Assembly (NCBI RefSeq): GCF_009914755.1
Contig: NC_060932.1
Strand: one strand, 5' to 3'
DNA length: 64,000 nt
From: the human T2T-CHM13v2.0 reference genome, Homo sapiens
The position numbers were made by a program, and so were the translations under genes. This document shows, one piece after another, positions 53,401 to 64,000 of this stretch; position 1 is the stretch's first letter; each line of letters begins with the position of its first letter. The notes under the pieces were generated by a model. It saw nothing but the letters and a program-made list of their open reading frames with translations, was not told the DNA's origin and searched no databases.

Positions 53401-54949
53401 AAGAATTTTTAATCAAGAATTTTTTTGTCCGTACTGTAATTCTAACCATATTACACATGTTGATAATATCTGCATTTTGTCATTACAACACTGATATCTG
53501 TTTATTTTATGTTTCAGATTTCTATTTGGAAAACATTATTCTAAGCCTCTGGGCCATTTTATATACAACGGCATTTCCTCACCTCCTAAAATAATTTACT
53601 GCATTCAACTCCTTTTATATTTTAATTTTGCCATATTTTATATCATAAATATGACAGTTTACAAATCATTTATTAATGCTATCTTATTTTCCTACTATAA
53701 CAAAGCCCTTTCCTCATTCATATTCAGAATTTTTTTCAATGAAGAAGCACTTTTTTTGTGTCCTAAGTGGTAATCAACTTTTTTGTTTTTCATAATTTTG
53801 ATGATACTTTGAACAATAATTTCTTTAAAACACATGGAAGTGTCTCTCACAGGATGGTGTTTGTATGGGACAACTTTAAAAATAAATTATCCTTTTCTTC
53901 AATCTTTCTGACTGGTTACATATATATAAGGTCTATGTTGGCACTTACATGGATAATTTTTAAAATGTGGCCCTGGTTCTCTTCTCTTGGTAAACTTGGA
54001 AAAGAGAGGCTCATTAAAGATAAAACAAAATGGTTAAACAATATAAGACGTTTTTCTTTAACTCCCAAACTTTGATTTGAAGTGTAGTTGTAAACACCAA
54101 GTCTATAATCCTATTTTGTGAAATATCAAATTTATGTATTATTGGTTGGTTGTTGCTGTTGTTATTCTTTCAATTCACCTTTCCTATACGGTTTGAACAC
54201 CACTTTTCAGGTGAATTAAGGATTTAAATATTTAACTCTTGACACGGTCACTAATGTAAAGTTTGGTCACTACTGAAAAAATATTATACTTTGATTTCCT
54301 TTCTTAAAATTGTTTTTGTTTTCCTTACATTTCTAATTGTCTTCAATTTTACTATTGCTTTATCTATATATACCTATTTTTTACCTATTCTATCAACAGT
54401 TATTTTAAAATTTTTTTTCTTTTATTTTGTAAAGAATTGCTCCTAAGGCCCCCTCTGTCCATATATTCTCATCTGTATCTAGGGCTCTTCCAACTGACAT
54501 TCCATGACTTCCCTTTACCCTCTGTGGATGTGGCTTACTCACTGCTTATAGGTAAGGTGGGGACTGAGTTTAACCTTGTCTGCAGTTAATCAACCAATTG
54601 TGCCTGCACAGTAAAACCCCAAATACCCCCTGGAAGTGGGGCAGACTCACTGGGCTTCCCCGGCAGGCAGTGCTCCATGTGTGTTGTTCCAGGTCAGTAC
54701 CTCGGTACTTAAGGGGAGAAACGGGGTAGAAGCTGCACTGTGCGTCTCTTCCAAAACTGGCTGATTTAAATGTATCCTGGCTGTATTACAAATATATAAA
54801 TGTAACAAATGTGAAGGTAATACGTTTCAGAGAGTTCTTTGAGTCTTTTTAGTAAATTATCAAACCTGATGGTGGTTTAGGGATCCACAGAACGTGTAGT
54901 TGGTGTCAAAAGTCTTGGGCAGATTAGAAATTTGGACGGCTCCATTCTC

Positions 54950-55945
54950 GGAGGTGGAGCCAAGATGGCGGAATAGGAAGAGCTCAAGGCAACCTACAAA
55001 ATGGGAGAAAATTTTCACAACCTACTCATCTGACAAAGGGCTAATATCCAGAATCTACAATGAACTCCAACAAATTTACAAGAAAAAAACAAACAACCCC
55101 ATCAAAAAGTGGGTGAAGGACATGAACAGACACTTCTCAAAAGAAGACATTTAGGCAGTCAAAAAACACATGAAAAAATGCTCATCATCACTGGCCATCA
55201 GAGAAATGCAAGTCAAAACCACAATGAGACACCATCTCCCACCAGTTAGAATGGCGATCATTAAAAAGTCAGGAAACAACAGGTGCTGGAGAGGATGTAG
55301 AGAAATAGGAACACTTTTACACTGTTGGTGGGACTGTAAACTAGTCCAACCATTGTGGAAGTCGGTGTGGCGATTCCTCAGGGATCTAGAACTAGAAATA
55401 CCATTTGACCCAGCCATCCCATTACTGGGTATATACCCAAAGGATTATAAATCATGCTGCTATAAAGACACATGCACACGTATGTTTACTGCGGCACTAT
55501 TCACAATAGCAAAGACTTGGAACCATCCCAAATGTCCAACAACGACAGACTGGATTAAGAAACTGTGGTCCATATACACCATGGAATACTACGCAGCCAT
55601 AAAAAATGATGAGTTCATGTCCTTTGTAGGGACATGGATGAAAGTGGAAACCATCATTCTCAGCAAACTACCGCCAGGACAAAAAACCAAACACCACATG
55701 TTCTCACTCATAGCTGGGAATTGAACAATGAGAACACATGGACACAGGAAAGGGAACATCGCACCTCAGGGACTGTTGTGGGGAGCGGGGAGGGATAGCA
55801 TTAGGAGATATGCCTAATGCTAAATGACGAGTTAATGGGTGCAGCACACCAACATGGCACATGTATACATATGTAACAAACCTGCACATTGTGCACATGT
55901 ACCCTGAAACTTAAAGTATAATAAAATTAACAAAAAAAAAAAAAA
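54950..55945 (+). mobile_element. L1PA (PA3/4-like) with the extreme 5' UTR fused to the ORF2 3' end, 3' UTR and polyA
   Basis: GGAGGTGGAGCCAAGATGGCGGAATAGGAAGAGCTC joined to AGGCAACCTACAAAATGGGAG; 3' UTR GCTAAATGACGAGTTAATG; 19-bp TSD AGAAATTTGGA(C/T)GGCTCCA at 54926-54944 and 55946-55964. Confidence 0.95.
54987..55724 (+). pseudogene. L1 ORF2p C-terminal (cysteine-rich) remnant, non-functional
   Basis: [18 protein letters not shown] then ..[40 protein letters not shown]..; in-frame TAG at 55152-55154; endonuclease and RT domains absent. Confidence 0.92.
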
Positions 55946-58464
55946 AGAAATTTGGATGGCTCCACCCTTAACCCCACCATTTGGCTAACTCTGGGTGATT
56001 GTGTGAGTTCCTAAGAGTAATTTTTCAGTCTAGGAGTTCTTCTGTTCCTTAGTTCTTCTGTACCTTTAGTGCCTCTGTACCATTCGTTTTTTCCATGAAG
56101 GCTTTGATAAGACTTTTTTCAACATATTTTCTCCGTAGGAACAATATGGGTCCAGGAATAGAACTTTTGGATTAAGACCTTGACTCTCTTATTATTTCTA
56201 TAAGATTCTATCATTTCTACTGTCCTCATTTTCTGTTTCATTAGCTTTTTCTAATTGTTTATTGATTTTCTATGTCTCTAATTTCTTAATTATCTTTTTA
56301 AACTTTTACCTATGTAAAACCACCTCCTATCCTTTGAAAGGTGTGAAGTTATTTTTTTCTTACTATATTCATTGTCTCAGTTTATTATAGATTTTTCCAC
56401 TTGTTTATTTTGATCATGTCATCGGACATTCTTTAAATATCTTTAATATTTGGTTATCTGCTCTTATTTCACAATGTGGCATTAAAAAACTGATTGAAGC
56501 TTGTAACAAGTCAAAGCAGTTTGCCAGTTTTGGGTTTACTTGACAAAGATCTATGAGGAACTAGCTATATCCTTGTGGGAATCCCAAGGGTCTAAATACA
56601 AAGATGTTTTCTTAGGTGATGGAAAATTTCTCCAATGCAGAAATCTCCAATTTCTGCATTAATAGGGAAACTGTAGAGGAGATGTAGCAGAGATTGTTGC
56701 TGTATATACTAATTTTAAGCCACATCTTACCCTTTAGAGCAAGAACTAGGATGGAGTGAGTCAGAAAAGTGGTGATATTGAAGCTTGGTCTTTGAAGCAT
56801 ATTTAAGTAATTTATATTTACTAAATGGTATTTGACCTGAATCAAATTACACATTCACAACATGAGACACGTGAGTTCCTGTAATAACCTTTGTTCAATA
56901 TGGTTAGAATTGGGAAAATAAACAGATTAGCAGAGTTTCAAGAGACAATGAAATTCAGGGCAAAAAAATGTATTTTCTCACTGCACAATCTTAGTGTTTT
57001 ATTTATTTCTTCTCACAGTTTAAATAATTTTATAACTCAATTAAATATGTTAATATTTAAATGTTAAGTATTTAATATAACTTGACTAAAGCAGTTCTTT
57101 AACATTTTTTTTTCAGGACATTATTTTCCTAGTTAAATCTCAATGCACTAAAGTTGGCAAAAATAAAAAGTTTTATAAAAGAAAACAGAACTAAGATCCT
57201 TAATTAGCTACTTTAAGTGAAGTTACTCCCTTCTTGGTGGCCAGGCTGGGTCAATTGATGCCCATGGGTGATTTTCAACATGAAGAGCTAGGAAGAACGC
57301 TACCATTGAGTAGATTACCATTCAGTATTAAATGCAAAAATTGAAAGTGTAGTCACTAAAGGAAAAAAAAAAATCTGTTCACATCAGTTTCACAGTCTGT
57401 GGTCAAAGAAAACATTGGCCAATTATTCCAGAATAGATGTGCATAGCTAAAGCTTATTCAACCCTTTGTAATATCATTTTATTAGATAGATGAATCTCTT
57501 CAACAACAGAAGAAAATTAGATTGCAACTAGTATTCATTTCTACATCAGAGCCCCAGGCTGGAGCTATATTAAGCCACTAAATGGTCTGCAGAAAATTGA
57601 AGTAGCATGCACTTTGATCTCAAAGGACTGCCTACGTCACATATGACAGGCATTTATAAGAGAAGAGATGTCCTCCTGGGACCTAATGCTGAACAGCAGA
57701 AACAAGATGTGAGATCCTGAGGATGCAGAGACATTTAAAAAACAACACAGCCCCCAAGATAACATTACCAATAATGATACTTGAAATGACTGACAAGTAA
57801 GTTTAGAAGTCTTAATAGAAATTCTAGCGTTTGTGGGATTTTCTGCGGATTGTAAGAAAATCCCATCCTACATAGGCACAGGGATGTCTGCTCTTGAGTA
57901 GGAAGAGTAATAGAGGTTGAGAACACATAACTACCCTCTCCTTAAAATCCTCCTGGCTCCTCCCAGTTTATCAGTTCCATCTTTGTTTTCTCAGACTGCA
58001 CTATCCACTGACAAAGAACCAGTGCTTCCCTCTCTATAGTCGCAGGAAATTCTATTGCCACAGCTTCATTCCAACCTCACAGGACTAGTTTTCATTTTCT
58101 TCTGTCACTTGGAAATGCACAGATGAATATACTGTTTTTCAAATAAATGTCCTTTAATTTATTTCTTATTTTTCATGAGTTGAAATCTAAACTGGCTTCT
58201 TGGACTTCTGATGCCCTCCCCAACTAATTATCATAAATAAATATGTATGTATTGATTAGTGTGACTTGGAAACGGTTGTAGGGCTTTGGGAAAGCTGTAG
58301 CAGAAACTGGAATTTCTAACTTGGGATTAGAAAACAGCCGCAAATATCAGAGTCCTATACTAAGTATTGCAGAATACAAATGAATCAGACACAGACCCTG
58401 CCTTCCTATGGATAGATAACTATGACAGAAATATATAGTACAACCTGCAGTCAGAAATTCACAA

Positions 58465-58583
58465 GTCTGGGCATAATGGCTCACACCTGTAACCCCCAAC
58501 ACTTTGGGAGGCAAGGCAGGAGGATTGCTTGAGTCCAGTAGTTCCAGACCAGCCTGGGTGATGTCGTGAGACACTGTCTCTAC
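58465..58583 (+). mobile_element. Alu left monomer (AluJ/FLAM-like)
   Basis: GTCTGGGCATAATGGCTCACACCTGTAA..GGAGGATTGCTTGAG..GAGACACTGTCTCTAC. Confidence 0.88.
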
Positions 58584-59758
58584 TATATATACGCACTATA
58601 TATATAGCCTATATATATAGAGAGAGACTATATATAGAGGGAGTGTAAGAGTATAGACTATACATATATAGGCTATATTATATTATATATAGCCTATAGA
58701 TATATAGCCTAGGCTATATATAATATAATATAGCCTATATATATAGTCTATATATGTACTCTCTGTAGATATATATAGTCTCTCTATATATCTATAGTCC
58801 CTCTCTATATAAATATTTATATATAATAAATAAATTAATATATAATAAATTAATATTATATAGTATAATATATAATAAATTAATATTATATAGTATAATA
58901 TATAATAAATATTATATAGTATAATATATAATAAATTGATATTATATAGTATAATATATAATAATTATATATACTATTAATATATAATATTAATTATATA
59001 TACTATTATATATACTATTAATTATATATAATATTAATTATAATATATAATAATATATACTCTAGATATGTATAGTCTCTCTATTTATATATAATAAAAA
59101 ATTAATATCTATAAATTAATATTATATATAATATATTATATATCATATAATTATAATATTATATATTTATATGTTGATATTATATATATTTATTATATAT
59201 ATAAAATATATAGCCTATAGATATATAGCCTAGGCTATATATAATATAATATAGCCTATATATATAGTCTATATGTATACTCTCTCTAGATATATATAGT
59301 CTATATATCTATAGTCCCTCTCTCTATATATTTATATATAATAAATAAATTAATATGTAATAAATTAATATATAGTATAATATATAATTATATATACTAT
59401 TAATATATATTACTTATATATACTATTAATATATAATATTAATTATATATACTATTATATATACTATTAATATATATTAATTATATATACTATTAATTAG
59501 AATATATAATATTAATATATACTCTCTCTAGATATACAGTCTCCATATATATTTATATATAATAAAAAATAAATATATATAATAAATTAATATTATATAT
59601 TATAATATAATATATTATATATTATATAATTATATTATATATTTATATATTAATATATATTTATATAGAATATAAATATATGTTAAGATTTTATATATTA
59701 TATATATATTATAATATATAATATTAATTTATTATATATATTAATATGATATATATAG
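58584..59758. repeat. TA-rich low-complexity palindromic array with a ~521-bp tandem duplication
   Basis: AGCCTATAGATATATAGCCTAGGCTATATATAATATAATATAGCC at 58691 and again at 59212; ~30-bp subrepeats; several internal inverted repeats. Confidence 0.95.
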
Positions 59759-59760
59759 TT

Positions 59761-59821
59761 GCCCACTGCACTCCAGCCTGGGCAACAAGAGTGACACTTC
59801 AACTCAGAAAAAAAAAAAAAA
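59761..59821 (+). mobile_element. Alu 3' terminal fragment with polyA (Sq-like)
   Basis: CCACTGCACTCCAGCCTGGGCAACAAGAGTGA..CTCA then an A tail. Confidence 0.88.
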
Positions 59822-60839
59822 GAATCTATCTCCTTCATTTGGGAGCTGTTGTGGAGAATGAACAAGTCTCTTTAAAGCACTTCGCTTGCTGTTAAACCCA
59901 TGAGTGCTGCCACTGCTCAGAGAGTTTATATTTGTTCCCAGAGAAGCTGGTGGCCAAACTAGAGACCAAAGTGCACAGCTAAATGGAGGGAACATTATGG
60001 CCTCTTCTACGGGCGGCAGTTTCTAAGGATCAGAACAGCCTTTTGAGGTAGTAGGTACCTAGAAGGAATTCACAGAGATGCAGTGATCTTCTGCTCTGGA
60101 TATTTGGAGACTGAAGCATTGGGTGAGATGTTGAAGGATGCATTTAAAGGTCATGTCAAAGCTAAGCTCCTAAGAGTCCTATGTTTCTAGGAATCCTCTG
60201 GGTTGATTTTTTAATATATAATAGCTCTGCCTATACTTTCAATGAATATTTTCTTAATTGTTAAAAAGACCTATTATGAACAGCTTGCTTCCTTTATACT
60301 TAATGTTTTCTCAACATGCCTAAGCTATCAAAGGGCCTTCATAAAGTAACTAAATGCTTCTGTATGTTTGAACCTTTGAAAAAAAAAGAGACAGCATAAA
60401 TTAGCCAAATGGTGAAACAGATGTTCAAGAATGGCAAAGCTCACGCAGGAGGCTGAGGTGCCAACTAGCATCTCGCTGTCCTGTTAACAGAAATATCCTT
60501 GAAAACTCTAGTGCACAAATATGCTGAGGGAGAATAATAGTGTGTAAATAAGCAAAATAGATAACGTTGTACTTTATTTTATTGTGTTAGTAGCAAGAGT
60601 ACCTCTTGCCCTGAACATAATAGGCATTCAATAAATCATTGACTGAATAAAAAATATAGGCAAAACAAAACGGTAGAGGAAATGCATTCATGTAATTCAA
60701 TCAAAATGCAAGCATGCCTCCTTATTTCAAGTTAAAACATGTGAGTGTATGTATAGGTGTGAGTTTATGATATATCTGTGTGTGTGCACTTGCTAGTGTA
60801 TAGGATATTGAGGTCACTATACAGTGACCTCAATTCTTT

Positions 60840-61159
60840 TTTTTAATTTTTTTTTTTTTTTTGACACGGAATCTATCTGGCTCTGTCGTGTAGGCTGGAG
60901 TTCAGTGGCAGGATCTCAGTTCACTGCAACGTCCGCCTCCTGGGTTCAAGCAATTCTCCTGTCTCAACCTTCCAAGTAGCTGGGCGCCTGCCACTACGTA
61001 CAGGCGCCTGTGACTACGCCCATTAATTTTTGTATTTTTAGTAGAGACGAGGTTTCACCATATCGGTCAGGCTGGTCTCGAACTCCTGAACTCAGGTGAT
61101 CCTCCTGCCTCGGCCTCCCAAAGTGCTCAGATTACAGGCATGAACCACTGCAGCTGTCC
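60840..61159 (-). mobile_element. AluS, full length, with a small internal duplication
   Basis: Antisense Alu; 16-bp TSD GTGA(C/T)CTCAATTCTTT at 60824-60839 and 61161-61176. Confidence 0.93.
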
Positions 61160-64000
61160 GGTGATCTCAATTCTTTGGTACATGAGTCTTAGGGCAAAAT
61201 TCCAGGACAAACACTAAACTACACTGATTGATGTTAAATCAAGTATTAAATAGAACTTTTCCAGGAAGCCTGGCACTATTGGCCCCCTCATGAGGGTACT
61301 CATCGATAAAATGGTGGAAATTGTGTTTTTATGTATGTAATACAAAGGAATTCCATACAATTTCAATAAACTTGTTTGGAAAGGTTTATATTGAAAAGTT
61401 TTAAATAGTTCATGAGCTTGATTTTGAACTATCTTTAAAACTAAATTAAAAAATGCATAGATTGGCAAAATAAATTGGCATCAAGTGCATTTTTGGACTT
61501 CTTTAACCATGCTTTCGTTATGTGGTTCTCAACCTCAAGCAATGTGTTTGATTGCTTTTATGGAGAAAAGAAGAAAACAACAAAACAATCTTTGACATTC
61601 TTTCACTTGCAAGACCAAGCACTGCATTCCCCATTCCCTTTTCATTGCTCTTCTATGATTTGTGGGGATGTCTAGGGACTTGTAAAATTCCACAAAGCAC
61701 ATATATCAATTAAATTGTTTATCACAAAATCACCAAATATTAGCACTAGAAAGGATTTTAGAACTGGATCCTAGTTTTTCAGGTCACACATTTTTAGAGG
61801 TTCAAATAAAAAAAAACCATGAATATGATTCTAATTTTAGAACCTAGTGATTATAATATATAATATCAAAACTACAATAGTTCCCTCCTAGCTTTAACTG
61901 AGCTACATTAATAACATCCACAGACAATGAAAATTAGTAAATACGTGCAAATCAGCCCATGATCTGTGTTCAAAGCACCGAGACTTTGCATCAAGCTAGC
62001 AGCTCCTCAAGGGTCCTGGCCCTTGGGTTGGCCACACTGGCCACGGCAAAGCCTTTCCCATGGGATGATCGTCCCCTAGCTGATCCTCCAAAAAGAAAAG
62101 GAAAGTTACTGCTTCCAAAAGCAGTTTTTTTCCATCGTGTTGCAGCATCAATTTGTATATCGAGTTAAAAGCTCCTTTCTTTCTAATGCATACCCTTGTT
62201 CTTAATTCTGATAGTTAATAAAACACACACTAAATGTAACTGGAAAACACACATGCCTTCATTCTGCCTAATTCAACCCCGATCTCTTCTCCTTGTCAAA
62301 CAACCTCAGGTTTTCTTAAAAACTCGTTTTCCTAGCATCATTGTAATATTCCCATTTTCCAAGCCTCTTGTAGAATCATCTGCTTGTCCATTTCTCTGTT
62401 AAACATTCAAAACTAATTCCCAATCTTCTTATGAGGTTCTTTCACTTTTCATTCCAGTAGTTTCTATTGGTACACTCTGACTCAATTAGGTTTTAGATAC
62501 CCATATCAATACCACTAATAATGTATACTTAAACAAAAATCCTGACAGTTGGCTGTGCATGTCTTATAGTCTCAAGACTATATTTTAAACAGATGTTAAA
62601 TGATTTTATTCTCATTGTTCATTACTAGTATTAAATATTTTTTGGCTAAATTTCTAGGGAAGAAGTGGGTTCCAATTGTAGATCTAGGTCAGAAATTGTA
62701 AATCCTGGGGACACAGTAGTAGAAATAACACATAAATCTCTTGCCTATATGGAAGTTACATCAAGAAGATGTTGACAGCTAGAGTTTCTATTTTTTAGAA
62801 CACTCATAAATTATGTTGCATTTCAAAGAGCATTTGAAACTAAAACCAAACTAATGAGAAACCTGCAAAAAATGTGTCAAGATTAAAATTGGGAAACAGA
62901 AAAAAAAAGAAGAGTTAATATTTGATTTCAAAACTGTCTTTTAAAAAGTTGGAATGTCAGTGTTCAAAAATACATTAGCAGATGGCTGCTACAATAAATG
63001 GGAATATAGGATTAATAACATTTGTTTCACAAACTTGACATTACAAATAAAAATATAAAATTTTAAAAACGCACTGAAGATGTTCCTAGAATTGAAACTA
63101 CAAAAAGTCAACATTAGCTCACTCAATTGTTTAGTTTGCTCAGTTTGATTTCTAAAGCAACCCTGAAAAGTAAGGATTATTAGTATTCACATTTTGCACA
63201 TGATAAATGTTGTAATGAGTTTCTATTTCAGTATCGTTTTCTCTTTTTATTTATTCTTTAGAGAGTTTGAATAAATGATTCCATAGCACATCTAATGGAA
63301 TCAATTCTCAATTTTTCACTGTCATGGCTTGTAAATTGTTTGTTTCCTTGAAAACCTTGCTTTCCCATTTTTTTGTAATTAACACAAAATCATCTGCTGA
63401 TAAACTACTCCACTAAAAATACTTTCGTTGTTTGTTAATGAGTTTATCTTTTTATACTAATCTTTACCTCATTGAACGAAATCCTTTGAAGACTTTATTT
63501 ACTGAATATTTATTGTGTGCTTACAGTATGTAATTATAAGCAAAGATATTTCAGATATTTAAAGTCAAAGTTGGTTTCAGAGTAATTAAGAATAACAGCC
63601 AGCCAAAGATCAAAATGACAAATTACACTCGGACTTTGTGTACATGAAACATGAGACAGATATGAGAAAAATGTGAAACTATATAAAAGTAAAAAAAAAA
63701 CAAGTTATTCACGATGCTTTTATGTCAATGCATCCAGTTGGAAGTTTAATATTTGAATATTTTAAAGAGAAATTTGTTATAGGATACCATGGAATGCATT
63801 TTCAAAGAGACAGGCCACGGAGTGAGTGACGGGAGCCCACAGTGGGTGGAACACAGACCTAGTTTGAGCACTGAAAGGAGGTGGCTGGTCTTCGGGAAAT
63901 GTTTTAAAGCATTTGATTCTCAGATCCACCATCTGCAAAATGTGCATGAAAGTAATACTTCCAAGGCTTGTTTTAGGAATCAAATGGATATAATGTACCT

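Larger units (their letters stand above)
54520..55998 (+). mobile_element. MER21-type LTR interrupted by the L1PA insertion
   Basis: GAGTTCTTTGAGTCTTTTTAGTAAATTATCAAACCTGATGGTGG..GTTGGTGTCAAAAGT, resuming after the L1 with CCTTAACCC..GCTAACTCTGGGT. Confidence 0.7.

Noticed and set aside
54900-55724. Functional L1 ORF2 or a fusion protein
   Set aside because: Endonuclease and RT domains are missing, there is an in-frame TAG at 55152, and the 5' UTR ATG gives only Met-Ala-Glu-stop

Overview
This is primate (human-like) non-coding DNA, intronic or intergenic and AT-rich. AluJ/S/Y, L1PA and MADE1 copies place it in a simian genome, but species and locus cannot be named from the sequence alone. 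I found no supportable protein-coding exon, tRNA, rRNA, CpG island or CRISPR array. The supplied ORFs come from repeats or chance; the only real protein homology is a dead L1 ORF2 C-terminus. The window holds about 13 Alus, several L1/L2/MIR fragments, MaLR and MER21 LTRs, DNA-transposon relics (MADE1, Tigger3b, MER44A, MER5A, MER20, MER33) and tandem repeats. I see no new multi-gene system. The most unusual structures are: (1) an L1PA whose first ~38 nt are fused to its last ~0.95 kb inside one 19-bp target-site duplication (TSD); (2) a 1.36-kb palindromic microsatellite clamped by a 46-bp inverted duplication of unique flank; (3) a 1.2-kb TA-rich palindromic array with a ~521-bp duplication lying between two Alu halves that appear to be from different subfamilies; (4) an old ~40-bp degenerate minisatellite. 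Repeat subfamily calls rest on remembered consensus sequences, and boundaries of old elements are approximate.
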